Source of the DNA: Octopus bimaculoides
Lineage: Eukaryota
DNA length: 33,006 nt
Assembly (NCBI RefSeq): GCF_001194135.2
Contig: NC_068982.1
Span: 53,251,752-53,284,757 of the forward strand
Direction: 5' to 3'
The notes below the pieces were generated by a model. The model saw only the letters and a list, made by a program, of their open reading frames with translations. It made no database searches and was not told the origin of the DNA. Shown here piece after piece: positions 1-10,383 of the stretch. The position numbers and the translations under genes are program-made. Every line of letters starts with the position of its first letter. Position 1 is the stretch's first letter.

Positions 1-16
1 ATATATATATATATAT

Positions 17-374
17 AAAGTTGCGAGAATGGCGAGAGTGGATGGTACCTCTCTCAGTGTAGACTTGTAAGTCCGAGAGAAGGAACTGAAGAGGGCACTC
101 GCTGTTGGTGTTCAGGGAAATCTTGGACATTAGGGTTCCTCAATTATCCCTAGAGGTCGTCTTGTATCAGGAGGGTTACATCTCTATCATCCGCCCCACC
201 ACTTTTTTTTTTAACCTTTGAATACTATGCATATGTCCCTTCTCTTTCAGTGTATACCGTGTATACTTACTTTTTACTTAGTTTTCTTATCATTCTATTA
301 TATGTAAACTCCACACTTAATTTCTGTCTTTGCATTGTCCCCCTCATCCTTCGCCCTTGTGGCAAATAAATGAA

Positions 375-420
<46 letters not shown>
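17..420 (+). mobile_element. 3' end of a 5'-truncated LINE, probably L1/Tx1 clade: ORF2 C-terminus, 3' UTR and (ATT)n tail
   Basis: 17-70 reads KVARMARVDGTSLSVDL*, followed by about 300 bp of UTR-like sequence, AATAAA near 366 and an (ATT)n tail at about 376-420. Clade assignment rests on my recall of similar ORF2 ends only. Confidence 0.5.
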
Positions 421-422
<2 letters not shown>

Positions 423-620
423 TTAACTCAGGTTTTGTTGGAACACCTGCAGTCTCGCATGACTAACAGCCTACGGTACCAGTAGCCTACGGTACCACAC
501 CATTCGTTCTCTTCAAGTACCTAATATTTTCCTGCTGATTTTGGCCGTTTCACGGAGGCAACATTTTTGTAACAGCTTTAGTGGCACTCTATTTCCGCTT
601 TCTTCTTATTCCTCTCAATG
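421..620 (-). mobile_element. R4/Dong-like non-LTR retrotransposon 3' fragment (family B)
   Basis: Minus strand reads KAEIEC, a frameshift, then LKLLQKCCLRETAKISRKILGT* (stop at 513-515). The 3' UTR (ggtaccgtaggct...ccaacaaaacctg) matches 3512-3580 and runs straight into (TAA)n. Confidence 0.75.
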
Positions 621-783
621 CAAAATGACGAACGAAGTAAGTAACAAACTTAAACTAAGTAATAGAGTTTATGTGATTGAGTAAACCCTTTCAGAAGGTG
701 CCGTAGTTTTAGTGCAGCCCAATGACCAAATACCGAAAGCTATAATGTCGAAAGGGCAAAACTCGAAATTAGGAAATATTTAA

Positions 784-1146
784 GACTGTGGCCATGCTGG
801 AGCACCACCTTTAGTCGAGAAAATCGACCCCAGGACTTATTCTTTGTAAGCCTAGTACTTATTCTATCGGTCTCTTTTGCCGAACCGCTAAGTTACGGGG
901 ACGTAAACACACCAGCATCGGTTGTCAAGCGATGTTGGGGGGACAAACACAGACACACAAACATACACATACATATACATATATACGACGGGCTTCTTTC
1001 AGTTTCCGTCTACCAAATCCACTCACAAAGCTTTGGTCGGCCCGAGGCTATAGTAGAAAACACTTGCCTAAGGTGCCACGCAGTGGGACTGAACTCGGAA
1101 CCATATGTTTTGTAAGCAAGCTACTTACCACACAGCCACACCTGCG
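784..1146 (-). mobile_element. tRNA-derived SINE-A, young near-full-length copy
   Basis: Minus-strand head has A-box-like TGGCTGTGTGGT and B-box-like GAGTTCAGTCCC. Nearly colinear with 27957-28310, about 90% identical by eye. Confidence 0.9.
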
Positions 1147-1440
1147 AGAAACATTGTAATATATGTACATTTTTCAAGGCATCTTAACTTAGATCATTAG
1201 TCTTAGTTTAGATGTAGGACAATGTAGCTCTAGATGCATTATCTATGTTTCATATTGGTTGTAATCTGAGGCAGATTTATTTCCTATTTCTAAGAGGCCA
1301 AATGACTTTATGGATGCTTTTATACGTTAGTGTATGTGTTCATATAAAGTTAGTACCGTTGCTAAAAATTTCTTTGTATTGATGTTATTTATTGCGTAGA
1401 AAGTCGAATATGATTCTTCCCTGTCAACTCCTTAATCTTT

Positions 1441-1661
1441 TATCTCTGGTTTCAGTCATTAGACTGCGGCCCTAATGGGGCACTGCCTTGATGAATTTTT
1501 AGTCGAATGAAGCGACCTCAGTACTTATTTTTTTGTTCAGCGTAGTACATATTCTATCAGTCTCTTTTTGCTGAACCGCGAAGTTACACACCAAAACAGG
1601 TTGTGAAGCAGAGGTGTGTGGGGGTGGGGTGGGGGTCGAACACATAGACAAAGACGCGCAT

Positions 1662-1703
<42 letters not shown>

Positions 1704-1871
1704 GCGCGCGGCACGCTTCTTTCAGTTTCCGTCCACCAAATCCGCTCACAAGCATTTGTTCGGCTCGAAGATGTAGCAAAAGACACTTACCCAATGTGCC
1801 ACGCAGAGAGATTGAGTCCGGAACCATGTGGTTGGGAAGCAACTTTCCTACCAAACAGCCACGTCTGCACC
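1441..1871 (-). mobile_element. SINE-A copy with expanded internal (CA)n
   Basis: Colinear with 784-1146; internal CA/CG tract at about 1662-1710. Confidence 0.85.
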
Positions 1872-2127
1872 TCCTTGGGACATATTTTTTTCTTATTCAT
1901 ACGGTTTTCTTATCTAAAGTAATTTTGCATTTGAATGAATTGAGAAGATTTTTAGGTTTCTTGTTATAAGTTTATTGAGAAAAAACATGGATATTAGGCC
2001 TATGTTGCGTTTCTATAATTTTAATTTGACACGTACAATTTGATGAGTCAATAAATAGGTACTTGACTTATATGCTTTGGTCATAGATATAAAGTTAAAA
2101 CCTATATTCATGAAGTACATAATTCCT

Positions 2128-2500
2128 TTAGGTACATGCGTGGTTACGTTGTTAAGAAGTTTGCTTTTTTTAAACATGTGTTTCGGGTTCAGTTCCATTT
2201 CACGGTACCTTAGGCACGAATCTTCTACTTTACTTCGAGCAGACAAAAACTTGTGAGAAAAGTTAGTAGACGAAAACTGTGTAGAAACTTGTCATATAAA
2301 TATATGTATATGTTTGTGTGTGTGTGTGTGCGTATCAACCAGTGATGTTTGATTACGTCCCTTCAATAAAGAGACCGATAGAATAATTATCAGACTTAAA
2401 AAAATAAATTATTAGTGATTGATTTGTTCGTCTAAAAACTTCAAGGCGGTGACCCAGCATGATCACAGTTCAATACTAAAACAAATAAAAGAAAAAAAAA
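2128..2500 (+). mobile_element. SINE-A, degraded copy
   Basis: gggttcagttcc B-box, gtagacgaaaactg core, gagaccgatagaataa and cttcaaggcggtgacccagcatg 3' motifs, A-rich tail. Confidence 0.75.
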
Positions 2501-2827
2501 TTCCCACCGGTTATTGCATGTTATTTATTCTATACAATTGTTTAATCTTGTTTTATGAACCTCTCTATAACTCATTTTCATAACTAGTCGGCCTAAGTTT
2601 TTTGTGTATTACTTTTTTTTTCTTCTCTTTCTTTTTTGCTTAATATTGTTATGGAAATTAGAGTCAAGCTATTATGTTTGTATGTGTGTTTTAGCATTTG
2701 CCCAAGTGAACGCATGTGTGTGTGTGTGTGTGTATTTTTGTACCAAGATAGCCACGCACATATTCTACTGTTCTCATTCAGTCAATAATTATTTTGTATT
2801 TTTTTTTCTTTCAATTATAAGCACAGG

Positions 2828-2946
2828 AGGCTAGTCGATTACATCGACTCTTGTACTAACCTGATTCTTATTTTATCGACCCCGAAAGGGATAAAAGTCG
2901 ACCTCAACGTTTTGCCAAGCGTGCTAACGATTCTGCCAGCTCATCC
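2828..2946 (-). mobile_element. SINE-B, internally deleted copy
   Basis: Reverse complement begins gagctggcagaatcgttagcacgc and contains gaggtcgactttt...cggggtcgataaaataag, as in 13560-13770. Confidence 0.75.
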
Positions 2947-2948
2947 TC

Positions 2949-3005
<57 letters not shown>

Positions 3006-3010
3006 TAATA
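2949..3010 (+). repeat. (TAA)n microsatellite
   Basis: Direct reading; one TGA variant unit. Confidence 0.98.
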
Positions 3011-3011
3011 A

Positions 3012-3243
3012 GGCGCCTTAGGTATAATAAAAAAATATTCAGACAAATACATAACAAAAACACCAGGACTTACAAATATATATAACATACAGAAAATTGC
3101 ACTACTGGGCACTGCACACATCCTACGCAAAACACTTTCAATACAGTAACCATAAGAGCATCACAGCAAACCACAGCACATACCCAAGGCACACAGAGCT
3201 GCGCTCGGTAGTGAAGTGAAAGTACGTTATAAAAATAAAACTA

Positions 3244-3247
<4 letters not shown>
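3012..3247 (+). mobile_element. R4/Dong-like non-LTR retrotransposon 3' fragment (family A), (TAA)n on both sides
   Basis: 3012-3149 is an uninterrupted frame GALGIIKKYSDKYITKTPGLTNIYNIQKIALLGTAHILRKTLSIQ*, the GALG...QK.ALLGTA.I.R C-terminus typical of R4-clade restriction-like endonuclease ORFs; then about 100 bp of 3' UTR. Confidence 0.85.

Positions 3248-3313
<66 letters not shown>
3248..3313 (+). repeat. (TAA)n microsatellite
   Basis: Direct reading. Confidence 0.98.
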
Positions 3314-3314
<1 letters not shown>

Positions 3315-3590
3315 GCCCGGCTATGGAAAATGAAGAAGGTGAAGATAGTGCCAATTATTGTTGGAACCTTGGGAACAGTACCATTAGGCATCAAAGGGAA
3401 TATTAAGGAAATCGGAATAGAGTGCCCAGTAGAACTGTTACAAAAGGTTTTACCTCCTTGGCACGGCCAGGATAATCAGGTAAGTTAAATACCTGAAAAG
3501 AATGACTAGCATGGTACCGTAGGCTGCAGGTAGCAAACCCAATATGCATGTAAGACGCCAGGAGCTCCAACAAAACCTGTAATAAAGAGA
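3314..3590 (+). mobile_element. R4/Dong-like non-LTR retrotransposon 3' fragment (family B)
   Basis: From 3315: ARLWKMKKVKIVPIIVGTLGTVPLGIKGNIKEIGIECPVELLQKV, a +1 frameshift, then LLGTARIIR. 3' UTR to about 3590, followed by AATAATAATA. Confidence 0.8.
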
Positions 3591-3603
3591 AATAATAATA
3601 ACA

Positions 3604-3700
3604 ATTCTTTCTACCAAAGGCACAAGGCCTGAAATTTGGAGGGAAGGGATTAGTCGATTACATCGACTCCAGTACTCAACAGGTATTTATTTTATCGACG
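3604..3700 (-). mobile_element. SINE-B 3' half
   Basis: Reverse complement: cgataaaataaatacctgttgagtactggagtcgatgtaatcgactaatccc...aaatttcaggccttgtgcc...gtagaaagaatt; matches 13672-13750 and 15700-15800. Confidence 0.75.
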
Positions 3701-3733
3701 ACAACAACAACAACAACAACAACAAAAACAACA

Positions 3734-3764
<31 letters not shown>

Positions 3765-4107
3765 TAATTTCTTTTATTAGCAACAGGTGCATAGATGAGG
3801 GGGTGCAATAATAACAAATTCTGACATAAGCTAAAAATCAGTAATTTTAGTGACAGGACCTTTCTAATACATCCCCTTTTGTACTTGATTGACACTTTAT
3901 TAATACAGGAATTTTAAAATGGTCAAATCGAACTCGATATGATTTGAACTCAGAACGTAATTAAATATCACGAACTAATTTAGACTTTCGTTAATAACTG
4001 GTACTAAATAAAAGAGAGACAAACAAAGAATTAAACCTGTTTGAGAACACACACCCACAAAAACGCGCGCGCGCGCGCACACACACACACTCACACACAC
4101 ACGCATA

Positions 4108-4297
4108 CACGCGGGGGATGGGTACTGAAAAGTTCCTGGTTTTGAGTTAAAGAAAATAGAGGAGGATCAATTAGTTATGGTTTTATTCAACATATTCCTC
4201 TTTCAGATGCACACACTTATTATGTTTAATTTTTCTAAGTTCTGTAAAAGAACGCTGAAGGTTGAGCCTTCAACCAAGCCTTACTGATTCCCTTATA
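4108..4297 (-). mobile_element. mariner-type transposon 3' end (TIR plus transposase C-terminus), cut by assembly gap
   Basis: TA at 4106-4107, then TIR-like cacgcgggggatgggtactgaaaagtt. Minus strand reads AWLKAQPSAFFY, a frameshift, then KCVHLKEEYVE*, resembling the mariner C-terminal motif (KCV..GDYVE). Confidence 0.7.
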
Positions 4298-4729
4298 NNN
4301 NNNNNNNNNNNNNNNNNNNNNNNNNNNNNNNNNNNNNNNNNNNNNNNNNNNNNNNNNNNNNNNNNNNNNNNNNNNNNNNNNNNNNNNNNNNNNNNNNNNN
4401 NNNNNNNNNNNNNNNNNNNNNNNNNNNNNNNNNNNNNNNNNNNNNNNNNNNNNNNNNNNNNNNNNNNNNNNNNNNNNNNNNNNNNNNNNNNNNNNNNNNN
4501 NNNNNNNNNNNNNNNNNNNNNNNNNNNNNNNNNNNNNNNNNNNNNNNNNNNNNNNNNNNNNNNNNNNNNNNNNNNNNNNNNNNNNNNNNNNNNNNNNNNN
4601 NNNNNNNNTTTTTTCTTGTCCCTATTTTGTTTCTTTTCCCATACAAACATATAGGAACAAGCAAAAGTGTAATCTAAGAGAAAGACAAAAAAATTCATAT
4701 TATTACTTACAGAATAATGGTTTCTGGTT

Positions 4730-4910
4730 GTGGTAGAATTTTATGGGTAGGGTTTTAATCGATACCAAAGGCTCGAGTATTTGAATGATACTTTATTTTA
4801 TCAACTTCAAAAGGAAGAAAGGCAAAGTTGACCACGACAGAATTTGAACTTAGAACGTAAAATGCCGGGATAGATACCGCAAAACATATTTTGTCTTCAA
4901 CGCTCGCCGC
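4730..4910 (-). mobile_element. SINE-B, degraded
   Basis: aaaggcaaagttgacc...gaatttgaacttagaacg matches the reverse complement of the SINE-B core. Confidence 0.55.
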
Positions 4911-5007
4911 AAGTTATGTTATAAACATTACAACAGGTAGCATAACTCACTTGATTCCAATCATGTTGTCCTACGGATCAGTGAACAAACATCCAAGGTG
5001 TCGTTTC

Positions 5008-5218
5008 AGCTGGCACAATCGTTAGCGCAACGGGAAAAATGCGTAGCAGCTTTTCGTTCGTCTTTACAATATAGGTTCAAATTCCATCGAGGTCGACTTT
5101 ACCTTTCATCCTTTCGAGGTCAATAAAAATAAGTACCAGTTGATTACTGGGTCGATGTAATTGACTTAACGCCTCCTCTGAAATTGCTGGCATTGTGCCA
5201 AAATTTGAAACCAATATT
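5008..5218 (+). mobile_element. SINE-B
   Basis: agctggcacaatcgttagc head, ggttcaaattcc B-box, gaggtcgactttacctttcatcc core and gggtcgatgtaattgact hairpin. Confidence 0.8.
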
Positions 5219-5228
5219 AAGATAAACA

Positions 5229-5230
<2 letters not shown>

Positions 5231-5283
<53 letters not shown>
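5231..5283 (+). repeat. (TATC)n microsatellite
   Basis: Direct reading. Confidence 0.97.
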
Positions 5284-5730
5284 ATACATAAGTTCTTGAC
5301 GATTCCATAGACGATGACGTCGCCGTCATCGTCACAGTCCTCACCGCCACCTTCAACAGGAGCAGCAGCCCCATCCCTACCCCCGCCTCATCGCCGTCAT
5401 CGTGGCGTCATCGTGGCGTCATCGTGATAGTGTTGATCCGCATCGTTGTCGTCGCCAGCATAAATTACGTCACCAGCATTATTACTATTATTATCGGCCA
5501 TGTTACTGCTGTTGCCAATGATACTGCATCACCATCTCGATGCACTTATTCATATCAACACTATCATTATCATGTTCATGAAAATACCGTTTTCATATTT
5601 ATAAATTAATTTATGATTCGTATGTATGGTTTTGTAATTAAAAGTTTGCTAAACATTGCTGATACTGGTAATTGGGCATGAGTATCTCTTGCATATTCTT
5701 TATATTATTTTACAACCATGTACATTGTTT

Positions 5731-6108
5731 TGCAGATGCTGTAGTGTGGTAAAAAGTTTGCTTCCGAACCATATGATTTCGGATTTAGTCCGTTCACGTG
5801 GCATCTTAGGCAAGTATCTTCCATAGTCCCTGACCACCAAAGCCTTGTGAATGGATTTGGTAGACGGAAACTGAAGGAAGCCCGTCGCATATATGCATGT
5901 TTATATCTATATGTGTCTGTTTTTGTGGCCCTCCCCAAGCATCGCTTAACAGCCGGTGTTAGCTGTTTACATCCTTTTAAACTTAGCGGTTCGGTAAAAA
6001 ATTGTCCAATCGAATAAGCGCCAGACTTTAAAAAAAAAAATGTACTGAGATCGATTTCTTTGACTAAACCCTTCTAGCCAGTGCCTAGCATAGCTGCAAT
6101 CTAACGAC
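5731..6108 (+). mobile_element. SINE-A, degraded full-length copy
   Basis: gtgtggtaaaaagtttgcttcc head, accaaagccttgtgaatggatttggtagacggaaactgaa core, ttgactaaacccttc 3' motif. Confidence 0.8.
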
Positions 6109-6112
6109 TTAA

Positions 6113-6261
6113 CCCATATTAACCCACTGTCCTCGTTTGAGCACAGTTGTATTTGGTTTATGTACTGCAATAAAGGTTAACTGGTCGCTTCCGTATGTTT
6201 GTTATCCCTATTTATATAACTATCTTCAAATTTCGACAGGGGTAGCCTGGATTAAAATGGG
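6113..6261. mobile_element. 149-bp piggyBac-type MITE
   Basis: TTAA at 6109-6112 and 6262-6265. Left end CCCATATTAACCCA vs right-end reverse complement CCCATTTTAATCCA (12/14). CCC termini with a TTAA duplication are the piggyBac signature. Confidence 0.6.
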
Positions 6262-6715
6262 TTAAACAAGTAAAAGATATATACGTATATACATACATGC
6301 ATAAATACATACATACATACATACATACATACACATTCACACACATGTATAGATACACACAAAGCATCTCCCAGCCACTCACAGAAATACATACGCACAC
6401 ACTACTGTGCAAAAATCATAGGTACATATACATTTTCACTAATCCTCTTTCAAAATATGTAAAGGGTAATGAAATTCTGCGCTATATTTTAAAATATAGT
6501 AATTTTATATAAAATAATTTTCGGTATGCATTTGATCAAGTATCTGATTTAAAATTAATCCTTTAGCTAATAACTGTCTTGATAAAACAGCTTCAGATCT
6601 CTTTAAAATGCAAAGCTGTAATTTGGTGATATAAACTAGTTCACATGGAAGACATTCTATAACTCTTTCTGGATTTTTGTTTTTGCCTGCTTCTCGGTTG
6701 TTCTTTGTTTTAAAC

Positions 6716-6979
6716 TAGTAGTTCTCAACCATTTTTGCCTATGGATCCCATTTGATTCCGCTTTCATTCGGTTGGTCTCTCGAAGCCAGTCGATGTCTAA
6801 AAACTCGTATTATAGTTTCATAATTAAACACACTTAGGAACTGTAAAAATAAAATTGTTAAAGTTGTTAACATATTTTGAGTATTGGAGTTGTATAAACA
6901 ATTTACTGTACATAAATTTTAACAACAAAATCTTATATGGGCCCCCAAAGGCCATATGGACCCCGGTTGAGAAACACTG
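6716..6979. mobile_element. 264-bp hAT (Charlie-like) MITE
   Basis: TIRs TAGTAGTTCTCAACC and GGTTGAGAAACACTG (12/15 as inverted repeats). 8-bp flanks TTTTAAAC (6708-6715) and TTTTAAAT (6980-6987), 7/8 with central TA. Confidence 0.8.
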
Positions 6980-7289
6980 TTTTAAATACTTCCATAAAAG
7001 TTCAATAATATTTACTCTAAGCTTTCAGGGAGACCATATCAACTGTTAAACTTCTCTAGATCCGAATTTGTTTTCCCAAATACGATTTTAGATTCATTGC
7101 CGTGTGCTGAAAAGCAAACTGGTTTTCAATAAGACGCCTTCCAGCTGTCAACGCATGCTAGGTTAGTATCCAGCGATATTTCTCAGCATGCATCTATCTC
7201 GTCGGCTTTTACTAAATTCCCGGCTCCATAAGCTGACAAATAACAACAGGTATTATTAATAAATCATTCACCCATGCTTGATTCTTATC

Positions 7290-7455
7290 CTTTTATCTTT
7301 TATCTGCTATCTGTATCAGTCATTGGGCTTCGGCTCTGCTAGAGCATCGCCTTGAAGGATTGAACAGCTTAGTCGAAAAAATCGACCCCGGTACTTATTC
7401 TGACGGTTTCCTTAGGCGAATCGACAAGTTAAGGAAGAAACAAACCAATACCACG
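7290..7455 (-). mobile_element. SINE-A 3' fragment, degraded
   Basis: cagtcattgg...agcatcgccttgaagg...tagtcgaaaaaatcgaccccggtacttattc. Confidence 0.55.
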
Positions 7456-7995
7456 ATTATTCACACTGATACATACGTACAGAAACACAAATATGTAATA
7501 GATATATATATAAAATTAATTTATATATAATTGATATATATATATATANNNNNNNNNNNNNNNNNNNNNNNNNNNNNNNNNNNNNNNNNNNNNNNNNNNN
7601 NNNNNNNNNNNNNNNNNNNNNNNNNNNNNNNNNNNNNNNNNNNNNNNNNNNNNNNNNNNNNNNNNNNNNNNNNNNNNNNNNNNNNNNNNNNNNNNNNNNN
7701 NNNNNNNNNNNNNNNNNNNNNNNNNNNNNNNNNNNNNNNNNNNNNNNNNNNNNNNNNNNNNNNNNNATATATATATTGTAGTGACAGAAGCAGTATTAAT
7801 CCTCAATTAAAAGTAGTTGTGTTTGAACACGAAATACAAGGTTATTTACCATGAGAGGACCTCTCGTATGGGTTTGTGGTGAATATAAAGCATTGGTATT
7901 TATATCACCGACGAGCAACAATCGTCCACTGCTGCCACCGAAACTGTCAGAGTACGTGATTTCGACCTTCCAATGGCAGACGCACGTCTTGGCTC

Positions 7996-8050
7996 CACTG
8001 GTTCTCAACCAGGGTCCATATAGCCTTTGGGAGTCCATATAAGGTTTTTT
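7996..8050. mobile_element. isolated end of the same hAT MITE family
   Basis: cactggttctcaaccagggtccatatagcctttgggagtccatataagg is close to the reverse complement of 6930-6979. Confidence 0.7.
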
Positions 8051-8096
8051 TTGTTCGAATTTATCTGCTACCAATTCTTTCCACCTCACCGCATTT

Positions 8097-8479
8097 ATTG
8101 TTGTTGTTGGCACTCCGTCGGTTACGACGACGAGGGTTCCTGTTGATCCGATCAATGGAACAGCCTGCTTGTGAAATTAACGTGCAAGTGGCTGAGCACT
8201 CCACAGACACGTGTACCCTTAACGTAGTTCTCGGGGATATTCAGCGTGACACAGTGTGACAAGGCTGGCCCTTTGAATTACAGGTACAACAGAAACAGGA
8301 AGTAAGAGTGAGAGAAAGTTGTGGTGAAAGAGTACAGCAGGGTTCGCCACCATCCCCTGCCGGAACCTCGTGGAGCTTTAAGTGTTTCCACTCAATAAAC
8401 ACTCACAACGCCCGGTCTGGGAATCAAAACCGCGATCCTATGACCGCGAGTCCGCTGCCCTAACCACTGGGCCATTGCG
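8097..8479 (-). mobile_element. tRNA-derived SINE-C, well preserved, (CAA)n tail
   Basis: Reverse complement starts cgcaatggcccagtggttagggcagcggactcgcggtcataggatcgcggttttgattccc (A- and B-box-like) and ends ggagtgccaacaacaacaa. Body unrelated to SINE-A or B; 5' end abuts a 10-N gap. Confidence 0.85.
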
Positions 8480-8896
8480 NNNNNNNNNNGGCTCTTTCAC
8501 TATTGGCAAGTAATATTGAAATAAAACTAAACAATGCCATACATACATACATACATACATAAATGCATACCTACCTACCTACCTACCTACAAAGGGAGCG
8601 TCTGTGTTTGTTCGCGTCTACTTGGGGACTAAAACAGTTAGCAAATGCTTGGTGCATGTTACGATGTCATACCTACTCGCCAGTCACGGCTGGCTGTACT
8701 GTAAGCATGTTTAAACATGGACGAAATCTTGCATAACGCACTCAACCAAATGAAGCTATGCATGACGATTACAAATTTCCGTTCCAGAAATATCGTCGTG
8801 CCATATAAGCAAAATTACTATAATGTATATATGTGGGTGCGTCTACATGCACGTTTGCGTATAATTATATATGCATACACACACACACACATACAC

Positions 8897-8936
<40 letters not shown>

Positions 8937-9522
8937 NNNNNNNNNNNNNNNNNNNNNNNNNNNNNNNNNNNNNNNNNNNNNNNNTATGTATGTATTTACG
9001 TATACACGTAAATACATACGCACATGTATTTACGTGTATGTAAATACACGTAAATACACACGCACATGCACAAGTATATGCGCACACACACATACATACA
9101 TGCATACATACAAACACACACGTTATCCAGTGTATGTGTATGCACACATACTCGCTCATGAACCCATAAAAATATACACACTCATACACATACGCATATG
9201 CATAATTCATATCAAGTATTCTTCCCTATTTCTCACTCATACTCTCTCTGTCATTTTTTAACTGCACACATACCTATTTCGCACAAGTCCACTCCCCTTA
9301 TCTTTATTCATTTTTCAGTTCTCCATCCTATTTCCCTGTTATTTTCTACACTTTGCACATCTTTTCCTTCTCATTCTCTTTCTCTTTCTCACTCTCCATA
9401 TTTTCCCAACATCTCTTTCTTCCACTCTCACTTTTTTTTTCTTTTCTCCCACTTAAGTTTTGCACTTGTTCATTCTTTCTCTCTCTCTCTCTCTCTCCCT
9501 CCATTTACCTTTGTCTATACAG

Positions 9523-9576
9523 TGGTTTGCAGGAGATGCAAGCTGGAATTTCCTCAACCACAGCTTCGTCTACTGG
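9523..9576 (+). CDS. candidate 54-nt internal exon, product unknown
   Basis: Pyrimidine tract plus TACAG acceptor (ends 9522), G|GTGAGA donor (9577). Length is a multiple of 3 and all three frames are open; phase 0 reads WFAGDASWNFLNHSFVYW with 9 of 18 codons ending in C. No homology recognised. Confidence 0.3.
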
Positions 9577-9849
9577 GTGAGAAGATCTAATGCTGAAAGA
9601 TCCAAAAACCTCCTAATACCTGAGAAATCGCTGATGATGCAACCTACAACATCCGTGCGCTGTATTCTTGAACTAAATGACTATTTGTACCTTATCTTGG
9701 GTCCTCAACTTCTTTATGCAGCGGGTGCTGTTGTGGGATATGGCAGGTTTAGGGCATGTTTTTTAGAACTGATGGAACCCATCCCTCTCCAGATCTGACT
9801 ACCGCTGACGTCTTCCAAAAGAGAGTAAGACAGGAGAATCGCATCCAGG

Positions 9850-9945
9850 ATAGTATAGTTGATTTTGACGATTGCGTAGAGACCCGGGACGATAAGCGCA
9901 AATCAGTCTAACCGACGCGCTAACAATTCTGCTAATTGGCCGGTT
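9850..9945 (-). mobile_element. SINE-B head, highly degraded
   Basis: Reverse complement: gccaattagcagaattgttagcgcgtcgg...gtcaaaatcaactatactatcc. Confidence 0.4.
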
Positions 9946-10073
9946 AAACATACATACATACCATACATACATACATACACACACATGTATATAGACATAC
10001 ACATACATGCATATACATATACTCACACACGCACGCACGCACACACACACACACGATCTGTCTGTATGCGTGC

Positions 10074-10109
<36 letters not shown>

Positions 10110-10351
10110 NNNNNNNNNNNNNNNNNNNNNNNNNNNNNNNNNNNNNNNNNNNNNNNNNNNNNNNNNNNNNNNNNNNNNNNNNNNNNNNNNNNNNNNNNNN
10201 NGTATGTATGTATTCTGGTTGATGCAATGCCGTAGCGGAGTATATAATTCTCACTCTCAAGTCTCCGGTGTTAAAACACAGGCGACATGTGAGTTATATA
10301 CTCCTCTATGCCATTCCAGCCACCGGAATATACACAAAGCATATACATTAG

Positions 10352-10383
<32 letters not shown>

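Noticed and set aside
5300-5600. ATC/GTC-rich low-complexity tract with short tandem gtcatcgtggc units; similar tracts at 10860-10990 and 21230-21360
   Set aside because: Decayed trinucleotide repeats with no coding or structural evidence.
7796-8155. 119-aa minus-strand ORF
   Set aside because: Starts in SINE-C and crosses the MITE end; no recognisable domain.
8400-8479. tRNA-like sequence, also seen in the heads of SINE-A and SINE-B
   Set aside because: A and B boxes are present but there is no closed acceptor stem, and each continues into a SINE body; these are not tRNA genes.
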